NCBI GenBank assembly: GCA_030141605.1
Contig: JAQGDQ010000339.1
Coordinates: 62,001-126,000 of the forward strand
Source: Tubiluchus corallicola
Taxonomy: Eukaryota; Animalia; Priapulida
Direction: 5' to 3'
DNA length: 64,000 nt
The notes under the pieces are model-generated. The model did not search any database. It was not told where the DNA came from and was given only the letters and a program-made list of their open reading frames with translations. Shown here piece after piece: positions 12,801 to 27,800 of this stretch (position 1 is its first letter; each line of letters opens with the position of its first letter). A program made the position numbers and the translations under genes.

Positions 12801-15800
12801 TTGGACTTTTATGTTCTGGCATCAAATTATCAGGAAAATGTCCAAAAATACTAAAAATCCAATTTTATAACTTCTTACCCACTTTTCATGCTAGAAACTA
12901 GTACTACAATTGTAAAAAAATATTTTCTAACTCTAATTATAGCTCGTGGAAGCAGCCATCTTGCTTCGGGTTTTTTCTATTGACAACACCAAACCTTCGT
13001 CAGAAAGAGCCATCTACTGGATTTAAATGTAACTTCAATTTGCTCTTGTAAAATCCATAGCAACCAACATTTGTGCAACCACACTTTCGTATTATTTTTA
13101 GAATAACTAGAAAACGTTAATTGCCGACTTATGGACGGTTTTGCTATGCAAGCACACATTTGAATATTTATTTTTGTTAATCTTTATTTACATTTATAAA
13201 ATTTACATACACACTGCTAAACCTAGATGAAAAAACTATTAATAAAATTACTCGTATAAAGACACTGGGCCTAAGCAAAACCCATGTTTCTGAGACTTGA
13301 GTAACGAAAAATTAAAGGAAAACCGGACGATTGTTTAGACTCAATCTCATTTTAATTCACTGTCCAAAATATAAATTTTCTTGCCTGAAAAAGTTAGTAA
13401 TATTTGAATAATTAGCTTAGAAAGTTAATTAACGGCAAACGAACACAGCTATTCCTTATGTCAGAAACTAACCACAGTTTGTGCAATGGCAGGCATATTC
13501 CCTTGCTCGTCAAGCACGTTTGCGTAAGTGTTACTGCTTAAACGCGTAATGTCACGAAAAATGGGCTTTACATCATATGACTTCAGAAACTAACATTGCA
13601 GTTCATGATCATGGTTATCACGGTACTGCCTTCTATTTGTCGGCCACGCGCACGTGGTTTAACAAAATTTGAGTATCCGAGGTAATTATTATTTAATCTA
13701 AGCTTTGATTTAAAATAAGCTATTGTAGTTTTCAATATTTTAGAGCATTCTTTATTCTGAACTGATGCTTCTACAATCGTCCGGTTTTCTTTTAAGAATT
13801 CAGATTCGTATGACGAGGTTTGCAAAAATGTTATGCTACCTTGGTCGATGCATCTGTGAGCGGATGGCGGATCCCTCCACGTGGAATTGCGGAACTCGCA
13901 GACTAATGGGAAGTGGATTTTCAAATGAGATTTTCACTTCAAAAGGTTCATTCATCACAATCGGGTTTGTCAAAACCTGTAAAGAAAAATTTTACTTCTG
14001 AAATTTGCTCTGGGCAGTTTCGTTCGCCGTGCCAATTCTGATCATTCACCTCACCGAGGGAGGAAGGATGTCTTGCATCAGGTTATGGTTAAGGCACTCT
14101 GTCAGATGAAAATGTCATCTTAGACATTTATACGTAATGAGCTGGGATCTAGAATTGGTGCAAACATCAGGTTTAATCACTTCACTGTCTCTATTATAAC
14201 GGGAATCTCCTATCACAAAAATTCTATTTTCACTGGTCTGTATGACAAAACTGTACTGTAATGCTTAATATGCAAATTAACTCACACATAGGGCAGTAGC
14301 ATTACATGCCATGCACATGTCATAAAACAGGCAAGTGAAAATAAGCAGCTTAGCTGTCCTCTGTAGGCCAAAAAGTTAATATATATGCCACAAAATGCCG
14401 TTACTTGTGATGCTGGAGGTTGAAAGCAGCGGCAGTGGCAGACGTGGAAATTATAGGTATCAACAGCTACAGTGGTGCTAATGATAGTTTTGACAGTAAA
14501 ACTGATGGTAATATGTGTGCTTGCAAACCAAAATCGTCCATAAGTTGGGATAGTTAAAAATATGTTATGATGCTTCAAAGTAGAATGCATAAGAAATTTG
14601 CACAAATGTCGATTTTTTATTTTTTATAAAAACAAACACTAAATATATTGGAGTTTTATATTCTAGCATCAAATTATCCATACCCATACCCACTTTTCTG
14701 ATTAGAAACTAGTACTACAATTGTAAAAAATTTGTATTTTCAAACTCGAATAGTAGTTGGTGGAAACGGTCATTTTGCTTTTGGTTTTTTCTGTTGACAA
14801 GCCCATATCTTTGTCAGGAGGAGCCATCTACTGGATTTAAACATAACTTCAATGTGTTTTTGCAATGTCCATAGCAACCAACATTTGTGCGGTTTTAACA
14901 GAGATGATTTTAACAGTGATTTTTTCAAGGTTATGTCTTTCAGTGCGTAGCCTACACCTCAACTTTAACGTGGATTATCTCAGCTTAGAAATAACATAGA
15001 GTGATGAGTTTGGTATCAAAATGATCCTCATGAAAGGGAGATTCGGGATATGTGAATAACTAGAATACGTGAATTGCCGACTTATGGACGATTTTGCTGT
15101 GCAAGCGCACAAGTAGTGAGGCAGCGGAGCAGTTAAATACTAAATAAACAGTCTCTGCCATTGAAAGCCGCACTAGAAAAAGAGAAACTGCACCAACTAA
15201 ACATGACCACAAACCTCAACTTGTAAACTCGGCTTAACGAAATCGATCACATCAAATTCAACGAAGATTTGCTTCGTCTCCTTGACAACGGCCTTTACGA
15301 ATGTCTTGATGGCACCGTCCGCAATAAGGTTATCCAGGTAATCCTTAGGTGTCAGTTTCATCTCCACTTTCGTATCTGAGAAGAAGTTAGTTTTACCGAC
15401 TTACTTCATTCGTAGTTGAAAAATTAATTTCGCTTTTTCAAATTCTCTTAAGCTACACAAAAATTGAATTTAAAATAGTCCCCCAAAGGCGAACCTATCA
15501 TATTTCATGTTACTAGGGCTTGCTGCCTTGTCAGACAGTTTTGCTGCTTGGCTGTGTTTACATAGCAGCATAAAACACTAAAGACTAGATTCACTTCTGC
15601 TATATAGATTAATACCAGTAATCATATCGCAAAAATTCTGGAAATTATTACTACTATCTGTATACTGGTATTCATGAAAATTAATCTATATATCTCAAAG
15701 TCACCAAAAGATATGACATTTTCTAATTGTTAATGATAATATTTGTTCACGAAAAAATTGTCTTTTTATACCTTAAGATGAAACATGTAAATGCCTTGTT

Positions 15801-18800
15801 TTATTCTTCTTTATTCAAGGCAATTCGCAAGTTCCCTGTTTTACAAAATAGCATAATTATTTTATCTTCTGTTTGTAATTCAGGCTTCTATACTATCTAA
15901 AATTAGATTAAAGGAGTTACTGGGAAAAAACTAAAAAAAACGTCATTATGTTGTGTGCTCGCAAACCAAAACCATCCAAAAGTCGGCATAGTTAAAACTA
16001 CATTATGATACTTCAAAGTAGAATGACCCAAAAATTTGTCAAATAAAATTTTTTCATATTTTAAAAACTAATGCTAAATATATTGGATTTCTATATATTA
16101 GCATCAAATTATCAAGAAAGTGCTCGAAAAGTAATTTTATAACTCCTTTACCCACTTTTCTGTCTAGAAACTAGTACTGCAATTGTAAAAAAACTACTAT
16201 CAAACTCTGATAGTAGCTCCTGTAAGCTGTCATTTTGCTTCGGATTTTTTCTGTTGCCAAACCCAAATCTTTCTCAGGAAGAGCCATCTACTGGATTTAA
16301 ACATAACTCTAATGTGTTTTTGCAAAATCCGTAGCAACCACCCGCTCATACGGTTGCTAAGTGCTTTGTAGAAACGTGACAAAAAAACAATTGCTAACTT
16401 TAACAGGGAATTTCTCAATATTACGTTTTTCAGTATGTAGCCTGCACCTCGACTTCAACGTGGATTATCTCAGCTTAGAAATAACATAGAGCAATGAGCA
16501 TGGTACCAAAATGATCCTCATGAAATGGCAGGATATGTGAATAACTAGAAAAGCTTAATTGCCGACTTATGAACGATTTTGCTCTGCAAGCATACATATT
16601 ATACTCGTAAAAAATAACTTTATTATTGTCTACAATGCTAATTAAAATTATTTATTTCACTTTATTTAGGGAAACGGAGTAAAAGACAGTATGGTCGTTC
16701 CCTTTCCCCACGCACCCCTTTCCCCACACATAGGGGACGGGAGCAAAAGACCGTATGGTCGTGCCCTTTCCCCACACAAAGGGGAAGGGAGCAAAAAACC
16801 GTATGGTCGTTCCCTTTCCCCACACATAGGGGAAGGGAGCAAAAAACCGTATTGTCGTTCCCTTTCCCCACACATAGGGGAAGGGAGCAAAAGACCGTAT
16901 GGTCGCTCCTTTTCCCCACACATAGGGGAAGGGAGCAAAAGACCGTATACACATTCTCTTTCCCCACACTATTTAAATATTATTTTGTCAACTGACTATA
17001 ATCTGTACTTCTTGTTATTTCTGTCTCATGTCTTACATTAAAATCACGAAGTGAAGCATGTGTAATGTTAGCAAGTTAAAATTCTACAGGCTAGAATCAT
17101 ATTTGACTAGGTTAAATTAGATCCAATCCATTTCTACAATTACACAAGTAAGATCAGTTACAATTAATAATAATTAGCTTAAGTTAGAGGAAGAGAGAAA
17201 GACACCAGGCATGTCTGCACTCATGGTGGCTGAGATTAATTAGTCACTTCTGCTTGATTTGCAAAAAAGATTAAAATCAAATGTAAATACATGAAAAAGC
17301 CAGCAGCTCTTGGAATCACCATGTTTATTGAGCGACGATCGTTTCAGCAATCGATCTAAATTGTGCAAAATGTAGAAATTGTGTTTTATTCTTGTAATGC
17401 TTACTGCTCTGGTTCTTCATTACGTAGACTTGGATTAACTGTTTGCCAAATGTGTTATTTTCAGGCTCTCGTGTGTTAGGTAAAATTTTTTACATTTCTC
17501 TGCAATTTCTTCCGTTATAACCTGGTTTATTTTCATACAGTAAATTCTAATCTGTTGTTTTGTAGTTTCAGTTTGCGCCTTTCTATAATTAATGTATTAT
17601 ATATTCTTCTTTTTGGCTTCATTTATAGTTTGATAATGGATTCAATAGCCGAAACCATCATTGCCCAAAAAACATGATGAACTTAAGTTGTTTGCATTAA
17701 CAATCTCTGAAGATAAACTATTCTATATATCTATCCTGTTTGCAAACATATGTTTGTAAACCATCAATACGAGAATGGTATTATACAATTTGTAACTAGG
17801 GCCCCGAGACTAGGTGCGTATGTGAAAAAAACATTAAAATTTTGAATCAACAAGGCCGAGAACGCCATTTCCAAAATTGATGCTTATTCTAAGACCTGAT
17901 GTCTGCTCGCAAAGTGTGCAAAAATATTACCGGCCCTCGTTCGAACAAGAAACCTTATGAGGAAAATTGTGCAGAATGTGTGCCGTAAATCAACACAGCA
18001 ACTCAAACCACACATTGTTAACAAACCCTAACCTGACTTTGGTTCCACCGTAAGACTGAACTGTTCGCTTTTGATTTCCTGAACGGGAATTCCTGTGTAA
18101 AATCCCATTTTCGACACCATCGACACGCCAACCGTGCGCGATTCAGTTGAGCAATTGGCAATCTGTGTACAACACGAAAAAAGTATTAGGTCACTACACT
18201 AACATCAGATATTTTACATTTCATTCATTCACTTCATAGTATTAGTACTATCACAAGTCAAATAAATTCTCTTATTATCAACTAAGTTAAAGAATAAAAT
18301 AAAGCAATGAAGGGTCAAGCTCCAAACCTCCGGCCACATATGGTACAATTCTCGAAAATGCTCTGCAATCAGCAATGAACAAAAATTGTCCTGATGATCA
18401 ATCACGTCCAATGTAACGATACATCGATGCGTAGAGATATCTTCTTTTGCATTACGCACATCTTTAAAGGACAAGAAAATGGCCAACCAAAGTAAGCCTC
18501 AGAAAATTGGCAATAAAAATTATATCACTTAAGTATAATCTTAAGCGAATAAAGTACTCACGTTTTCGTGTTTAATCCAATTTTTGTAAAATATTTCAAC
18601 AGTTGCAGTAAACGTTGGCGCAGCATGTTTCATTAATTGAAAAGCCAGCACGTGACTGATCATGACATCACTCGAACATAGTCGCAGTGAGTTCTGAGCA
18701 CGTGTACTATAAAGATTTGTGTTGTGGTATGGCGCCGCCGTGACAGTCTCACGGGAGTATTTAAAATGAAAACAAACAGGAAATTCTTTTAACGTGAGTA

Positions 18801-21800
18801 TGATAAACGCTTAAGATTGCCTCTAACCGTTATAATTTTTTAGCAAAAATTTTCTGATACTTGCTTTATCTAGACCTTTTCTTGTCCTTCAAAGTGCACC
18901 AGGATCGTTGTATGCTGGTGCCTCAGGTGTTGAAGATTTTGTTTTCTACCCTGTATTTTCCAAGACGCTTTGAATCATATCACACGAAATATGTGATGAA
19001 GTTAACCCGTTAACCCACAGGATAATACCGTAAAATGTGTAAGTAGTATACATTAATTACGTAAATGTAATTAATTTACAGACTTTTGTTGACTTTTAGA
19101 TACACTTGTAAACTTGCGAGCGTACAGTAGGTACCACGTGGGTTGCTTAGTTTATAGAGTTTGCTCTATAAGTCAAAAAATGATTGCTTAAGCACCTGGC
19201 GGGATAAGTGTTTATATTGCACGGTAACCAGATGACGCCATTTTTAACCAAAATAAGTGCGCAGAAGCGTGAAGTGATCGCGATTTTAAATTGAAATTAT
19301 TAATTATACGAGGCGCTTATCACAATTTTATTGCTGAAACTTTCTAACATTTTCCCCAAAAATTAAAATACGCTCAACTTCCCGAGAGACTTGACTTTTG
19401 TTTCAACAATGGTGAAGCTACTGAAGTCCTAGCTGCAGAAATCATTCATGAGTAAAGTAACACACACAAGACTTAGAAACAACATCTCATACCTCCAAAG
19501 CCACGTTTGCTTCGTGACCAACAGGAATGTCGAGATCGCTACTGCCGGTCAAGCAGAATGTGACGTCGTCGCCTTTCTTCACGTCGTAGACGTCGTCCTC
19601 TCGACGCGAGCTAAACCTATGAGACCTGTGAACTGACTTTCTCTCCTCCTCTGAGCCTGAATGGGAAAAACAACAGAAAAATCATCAGATTCCCAAATAA
19701 AGGCTTGTCTAATTACATGTAATAAGAAAGGTTTATTTATGATAATCATTTTTGGTGTTTTTAGTTACAAATATTGCATAGGACAAAAGACTATAACGAT
19801 TGAAAAGTTACCAAGTAGATTTAAAAATGCGAGAAGTTAAAGGAAAACAGGACAATTTTTCATGTCCTACTCCATTTTGAAAAACAGTAAAAAGTAAACA
19901 TTTTAATATAACGCCAAAGTGTTTCTGATAATTAAATAAGGATCATTAACGACCGTGCGCACAGCTAGTGATGATGTCACAAGCAAACATAGTTTTCAAC
20001 AGGACAAACATTCCAAGAGTGTCGTGCACGTCTTTGCGAAAGCAAAAATTAAAATACGGAGTTCAGTACTAAATCTAAAATTTGGCAAATTTTAACTTCA
20101 AAAAGTTTAAAAAATTAAATTTCAATTAGTGTTCACACAAGACATCTCGAATGCGTGCACTACATCACAACTCAACTGTGTTTTTATGATAAAGTACAAC
20201 GCCTGTATTTTTGAACAACGAATTTTCGAGAAGCAGGATCCATTTAACTAGTGAAGTGTGAAATGCAAGTGGCTGTGAAGAACTAGCCGAACCAAGACGA
20301 AATTAAGTTGCTGCAAAAATAAAACTTTCACAAAAGTCATTCTCAAAAACAATATGTTCCCTTTCAAGATTTTATAACATGGACAGTGTTGACCTATAGT
20401 TTAACATTGGGTCCAGTTACTTTAAAATGTTTGCCTTTTGCGCTTATAAAACCAAATACATTCTTGTATTAACCTATAATTTAACATTTGGTCCAGTTAC
20501 TTTAAAACGTTTACTTTGTGAGCTTATAAAATCAAATACATTCTTGTACTGACCTATAGTTTAACAATGGGTCCAGTTACTATAAAACGTTTGCTTTTTG
20601 CAATTATAAAATCAAATACATTCTTGTACTGACCTATAGTTTAACAATGGGTCCAGTTACTATAAAACGTTTGCTTTTTGCAATTATAAAATCAAATACA
20701 TTCTTGTACTGACCTATAGTTTAACAATGGGTCCAGTTACTATAAAACGTTTGCTTTTTGCAATTATAAAATCAAATACATTCTCGAATACCTTCGGGGT
20801 GTTTATACAGATGAGTTATATCATCCCTATGATCGGCTCCGACAGCCTTGGTGCTGACAAATCTTCCTATGCATTGCCTACTCATACCGTCTGCCGACAT
20901 CGTGCCGTCCTCCCGTACGGTCCAGTACACCCGGTCACCATTGACCTCCGCAAAGATGAATGGCGTGTCGTACGGAAAGTAGACCTGTCCTTCCCTGACG
21001 GCTTTTAATGATGCTGGTCCGCATCGCATCACACCTGCAAAATAAGCAAACGTTAATGGACGGATTCGTAGATGTGCTTAAATTCCAAACCACTAAACAC
21101 AGACACATCTGAAGCCAGTACAGCTTGTAATACCTCTTTTTAGAAGCTGTTTTGGAATAAAAAACTCAAACACATCTATGAATCAGTCTATAATCTTTAT
21201 TTCATTACTGTTGTTGATAAGAGATGCCATACCTATTGAATGTCAAGTATTACATTATTAGAGCAAAGAAAGTTTTTGAAGTTTGACAGAATAATAAAGG
21301 GCTGTAGCATTTACATTTAAGAAATACGCTAAGTTCTCGTTTAACGATGCCCGGCTTAGCGATATTTTGTTTTAACGGTGCTAATTTTTGATACATTTTT
21401 ACACTTAATGTCGCATGTATTGTATTATCAACAGTTTTTCTCTTGCAACGTTATTGAACACTTTAACACACCAGCCATTACTGATTTTTACTCCCGGAAT
21501 GCAAATGAATACGCTTACATTATTACTTATGGAAAGTATTGTTTCGCTGAGCGCCGTTTCACTTAGCCACGCATTTTGCTGGAATGCGTCATTAAGCGAG
21601 TACATACTGTATTAGGCTGCTTACTCGTTAAAATCTTGATCATTAACTCTAATCACACAGAAGGATTATTGGCAGAAAAAAGTTTATTTCTGTTCATAAT
21701 CCTACGAAGACAGATGTTCCTACAGATAATCTGCAAACGTGATTTTTTGGCAGAGCACTCGAGTGCTGCCAATTCTGCAATCCAATTTAACAGCTATGAG

Positions 21801-24800
21801 CAGTCAGGAGACCAAAAACCGCACAGTTTTTTGTTGCTTTTTGATACAGTGTAATACAGTAGGGTGCCGCTTAATAGACTCACTTTGGGACCGAACTGTT
21901 TTGACCCAATTAACCGACTGAATCTATTAACCGATGGGTGTAGTATTACCGGTATAGAAGTACGAATCATCAGCTTAGTATGCACTGCAAAGGTTTTTAA
22001 TGGATTATAGAAACGAACGAATGCCTAAATTCCTAAGCAGCTATTTAAAAATAATAATTTATAAAGTGAATTAATGAAAAAGAAAATAAAAAGTTCACAT
22101 TTCTAAATCACACGAGTCTCTTTGTTATTTACAAGATTTACAAAAATTCGTTCAAGGTCGACTGCTTCATTTTTTTGTTGGGTTGCATAGTTCTCACCTG
22201 TAAGTCACAAAGAATACTGGCAGATAACTGTACCTGCATCCCTGGCATAACAACATCTAACTAATTAAACTTTCTAGCAAAGACAACCAGAGCTTCAAAA
22301 GCAAACCACTAAGCAAGTGAGTAAATGTTTAGCTTCCAGGAATTCTTGGGTAACGAGGTTAATTGCAGTGGAGGGGCGCGTCAAAGCAAACCATTAGGCC
22401 AGCGTATTAGCGTATGATAAACGTTCCTGCTTATAAACAAAAAGGTACTTAAAATGATTGTTTCTATGTATATTACAGGACCGAAGCGAACTAAGATGCC
22501 ATAAGAGTCATATAAACTCTTTGCTCACACAAGTGTCTTATTTTTAGCACGTGAAGGAAAAATATTAAGTCAACTACCGGCCATTAGCGATCAATTAGAG
22601 TCAGTTACCAACATCTTTTATATACATTTGAATAGGAGCGGTACAAAGTGTTTTTGAGTCAATTAAGGGAGTGAGTCTACTAACTGTGAGTCTAATAAAT
22701 GGCCACAACTGTATATCAATTCTGTACGTAAAGGAAAAGTGAAAAGGGAGACCTGTAAATATTAAGTCAGACTACTGACCTTCGCTGACCTCCTGCGGAG
22801 TCGAGTCGTATGCCTGCCATCCGTCGTAGCCCTCCGGTAAATCTGGGCGTTTCAGCCACGACTCGTTCCAGACGTGGAAATTCCTGTAAATACATTGCAA
22901 TACGACAATTTGAATTTGTACAACTGAAATAGCTATAAGAGACAAAAGTTATGAAAGCCTTGAATTTACATTCGACAAGTTTGAATAATTAGTGTGCACA
23001 TTGTAAGTTATCTGACAATCGTAGCCAAACTTCAGAAAAACTGGTTTCGCATTAAAACTTATATCAGTGTTCACTTATCTATTCACTTATTTGTGTTTTG
23101 AATCATAGTAAACCTGAAAATTTAAATAAAATGCTTTTTCTTCCAGTTGTTCTACAGTAGTAACAGTCAAATTTATCTACACAGTCAAATTGCGCATTCC
23201 GTTTTCTTTATCCACATAGTCAAATTTCTAGTCCTGTTTTCTTTATCTACATAGTGAAATTGTTCGTTCCATTTTCTTTATCTACACAGTCAAATTGTGC
23301 ATTCTGTTTCTTTATCTACACAGTCAAATTGTGCGTTCCATTTTCTTTATTTACACAGCCAAATTGTGCGTTCCGTTTTCTTTATCTACACAGTCAAATT
23401 GTGCATTCCGTTTTCTTTATATCTACACAGCAAAATTGTTTGTTCCATTTTCTTTATCTACACAGTGAAATTGTTCATTCCATTTGCTTTATCTACACAG
23501 TCAAATTGTGCGTTCCGTTTGTTTATCTACACAGTCAAATTGTGCGTTCCATTTTCTTATCTACACAGTCAAATTGTTCGTTCCATTTTCTTTATCTACA
23601 CAGCGAAATTGTTCGTTCCGTTTTCATAATCTACACAGTCAAATGTTGTTTGTTCCGTTTTCTTTATCTACACAGTCAAATTGCGCGTTTCGTTTTCTTT
23701 ATCTACACAGTCAAATTGTGCGTTCCATTTTCTTTATTTACACAACCAAATTGTACGTTCCGTTTTCTTTATCTACACAGACAAATTGCGCATTCCGTTT
23801 TCTTTATCTACACAGCGAAATTGTTTGTTCCATTTTCTTTATCTACACAGTCAAATTGCGCATTCCGTTTTCTTTATCTACACAGTGAAATTGTTCGTTC
23901 CGTTTTCTTTATCTACACAGTCAAATTGCGCGTTCCGTTTTCTTTATCTACACAGTCAAATTGTTCGTTCCGTTTTCTTTATCTACACAGTCAAATTGCG
24001 CGTTCCGTTTTCTTTATCTACACAGTCAAATTGCGCGTTCCGTTTTCTTTATCTACACAGTCAAATTGCGCGTTCCGTTTTCTTTATCTACACAGTCAAA
24101 TAGTTCGTTCCATTTTCTTTATCTACACATCAAATGCCGTTCCGTTTTCTTTATCTACACAGTCAAATTGCGCGTTCCGTTTTCTTTATCTACACAGTCA
24201 AATTGCCTTCGTTTTCTTTATCACACAGTCAAATAGTTCTTCATTTTCTTTATCTACCAGCATTTCTTCCGTCACACACAACTCTTTATCTACACAGTCA
24301 AATTCATCTAATTTTTTATCTACTCAGTCAAATAGTTCATTCTGTTTTCTTTATCTATATGGTGAAATTTCTCGTCCCAATCTCTTTATCAACACAGTCA
24401 AATTTCCATTCTCTTTTTCTTTTAGAAAAAAAGCACGCTTTGGGCTCAAAATATATCCCCGGTGAGTAGCACGATAGACCTCCTCAAACGAAACCCTTTA
24501 GAAACAAAAGGACTTGATAGGATGATGCAAAATAATCGTACTCAGGACGAATGAAGTAAAGGTAATGTGTTGAAGAGGCTGGAATTTGCTCAAGAGGCAG
24601 GAATGAGTGTCAATATTTGCACTACTTTGTTGAAAATTTATAAACGATCAGCTCACCAGACAGAATCATTGAGATAGTCCAAAGGTTCGTCGTTTTCATC
24701 ATAGTGAAAGTCAATGGTCATACTGGCATCGGTATCGTGAGCCGATTCAAAGTTTGTTACGCTTCTGGTAGGAATGCCAAGCGCTCGACACACTGCAAAA

Positions 24801-27800
24801 AAAATTCCATGAACGGAATCCTTGGCAACTAATCCACTTATAAAAGTGGAATTACTTAAAAAAACTAGTGCCTGCTTTCTCTTCTGAAAATGGCTGAGCT
24901 AGTTGAAGTGACAATGATATCACCATAAAATAGTACAGAAAATTAAAAAGAAACTTATAATGCATAGCAAGCTACAGATAACATTTGAGTTTGAGCAAAA
25001 AATTACGGAAAACATTGATTTAATAGCTTTTATACTGTAAAATAACGCTCTTTTGTGTTCCTTTAAACCAGTGACAGATAAACAAGTAATGCTTAAATTG
25101 TTTCATGCTTACTGCTGCTCCTTACTTACTGCTATGGATATTCAATTAACGATTTATCAAAGAACTATGTCGATGTTATTTACTGAATCTAGAAAAGCAT
25201 TCAGATAATCTTAAACTTGCCTAGAAATTCTCATTCCAGCATGACATTGTGTATTGCTGATACATATTCTCTAGATATACTCTTCCAGAAGCGAATTTTA
25301 AAGCTCTATTGTAACATAAATTTATCTGTTAATCCAGTTCTTAGCTCATTGGCTGTGTTAAATCACCATACTAGCATAAGTATACTCGGTAGAAACCGTA
25401 TTAGAGCACACGTGAACCAACATACTTATGCTTATAGACCTTAACGACATAATAGCGTACATTCTATTCTGAACTTTGCATAATGAATATGTAATTGGAA
25501 TGTTAAACAGTTAATGATATTAATGAAATGTTGTATTCGCTACTAACAACATAATGTATATACTAATGTAAATAGCACTACTTGTACTGGACAGTGCTGC
25601 CCTCTGAGGCCAATTACCTCAACTTATCTGTCAGGTGATTTCATGGTTGATGACTTTAGATACCAGGCTTTGCGAAATGCTGCAGACACTTGGCCTTGAT
25701 ATGTTGGGTTTGGTCACATGTAATTTATAGATTTGTGTCTTGTTAACTAAATTATTGTTTCCTGCTGTCTGCAGTTGCAATTGGTGTTTATTGTCTGTTA
25801 CAGTTCTCTAATGGTGCTCTAATGTTTGGGCAAGGATGTGAGCTGCTTTTATTTAATTTAATTGTTTGCAGTTTTGATTAACTACTGAAATTAACTGTAT
25901 ATGTGAAATGTTACTTTATGTAATTTGTTTGTGTATGTACTAATTTGAAATTATTATTTCCATAAAATGTGCTATATTTTAACAGAATAAACAACTAATG
26001 TAAACACGTATGTCTGGACTTGATGTTTGGATTGGAGTGTTTGAGCATTCTTGGTGAAATGGGTCATGCATGCTACAGTAATTACCGTATTATATATTAC
26101 ACGTAATGCAATCATCATGTGTGAATAAAGATGATATATACATAAATAATGATATATTGTTATCAATAACCTTAATCAGTTTGATTGAACACGAATATGA
26201 TGACTTCCGCTTATAAATGATCACAAGCAATGACATCATACGTAATTCTGTAACTAGGCAACAGAAGATGAAACACGACGACCAAAGCATCCATTTGTCA
26301 CATTCTCGTTCTTCCGAAAGTAAAGAATTTTAGAGCAAGTCTGATTGCTAAGCAACATTTATGTGTAAGGACCTCCAAAAATTTCAAATACTGCTACAAA
26401 CTGAGAAAGCTAAAATTATTTTTGTCATAAACGAGATTTTTGGGGCTCCAGACAATAACAAAAACAATGAATAAGACCAAAATTTTGCCATTTTGGCATT
26501 ACTGATTCTTTCCCTTTGCACCTCAGTTTGTTACTTACGTGTGGTCAAAAGGCCCGAGAACACCCAGCACTGTCCGTATTTGACCGGTTCGTAGTTGTTG
26601 AGCACAAATTTTTCTAGTATTTCTGCACTGCCAGTCCAAGCCGTGGGAGGAGTAGTGTCGGAGGGGTAGGTCCCCGTCCAGCGACCTTCCAGCACTCCAC
26701 CATCCTCGTCATTACTGTTAACCTAAAAGCGAGTCTTTGTCATAATTAACTAATAAATTTTATAGCCTTTCGATGTGTGACAACTAAATGTTTATTCGTT
26801 AGCTAATTTGAAGAAAAGGGAATGTTAAATTATGTCCCAAAAAACTTTCCATACAAAGTTATATTACCTAGCATTATGCTTACCTATCTAAAAGACTTAT
26901 GTAACTGGAAAAGCTTAATTCTGAATAATTTAAAATACTCGCACCATCTGAACAAACTGCTAAAACGGCACTGAAACGCCATCCCAGTATGCACTACTGA
27001 TTCACCAAAAAACAAATTATTGATATTACAGACAATATAAAGTAATTGAAACTTTTGCTAAATTTGTGAAGTGTGTGGTAAAGTATTAAAGTATTTACCC
27101 ACTACCCCTCCCCGATGCATAAAGTATTTACCCACTCCCCCTCCCCGATGCATAAAGTATTTACCCACTCCCCAATTACCCCCCTCCCCGATGCATAAAG
27201 TATTTACCCACGCCCCCTCCCCGATGCATAAAGTATTTACCCACTCCCCCCTCCCCGATGCATAAAGTATTTACCCACTCCCCCTCCCCGATGCATAAAG
27301 TATTTACCCACTCCCCCTCCCCGATGCATAAAGTATTTACCCACTCCCCGTCCCCAATGCATAAAGTATTTACCCACTCCCCCTCCCCGATGCATAAAGT
27401 ATTTACCCACTCCCCCTCCCCGATGCATAAAGTATTTACCCACTCCCCCTCCCCGATGCATAAAGTATTTACCCACTTTCCCCTCCCCGATGCATAAAGT
27501 ATTTACCCACTCCCCGTCCCCGATGCATAAAGTATTTACCCACTCCCCGTCCCCGATGCATAAAGTAATTACCCACTCCCCGTCCCCGATGCATAAAGTA
27601 TTTACCCACTCCCCCTCCCCGATGCATAAAGTATTTACCCACTCCCCCTCCCCGATGCATAAAGTATTTACCCACTCCCCCCTCCCTGACGCATAAAGTA
27701 TTTACCAACTCCCCCCTCCCCGATGCATAAAGTATTTACCCACTCCCCCTCCCCGATGCATAAAGTATTTACCCACTCCCCCCTCCCCGATGCATAAAGT

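Noticed and set aside
16652-17041. Palindromic repeat array resembling CRISPR, and 16-aa repeat ORFs
   Set aside because: Units are contiguous with no unique spacers, there are no cas genes, and the context is a eukaryotic intron.
23254-24465. 403-aa ORF and overlapping ORFs
   Set aside because: Translation of the 35-bp minisatellite inside a TGase intron; no protein features.
25968-26302. Possible solo LTR (TG...CA ends)
   Set aside because: No matching target-site duplication and no second copy in the window.
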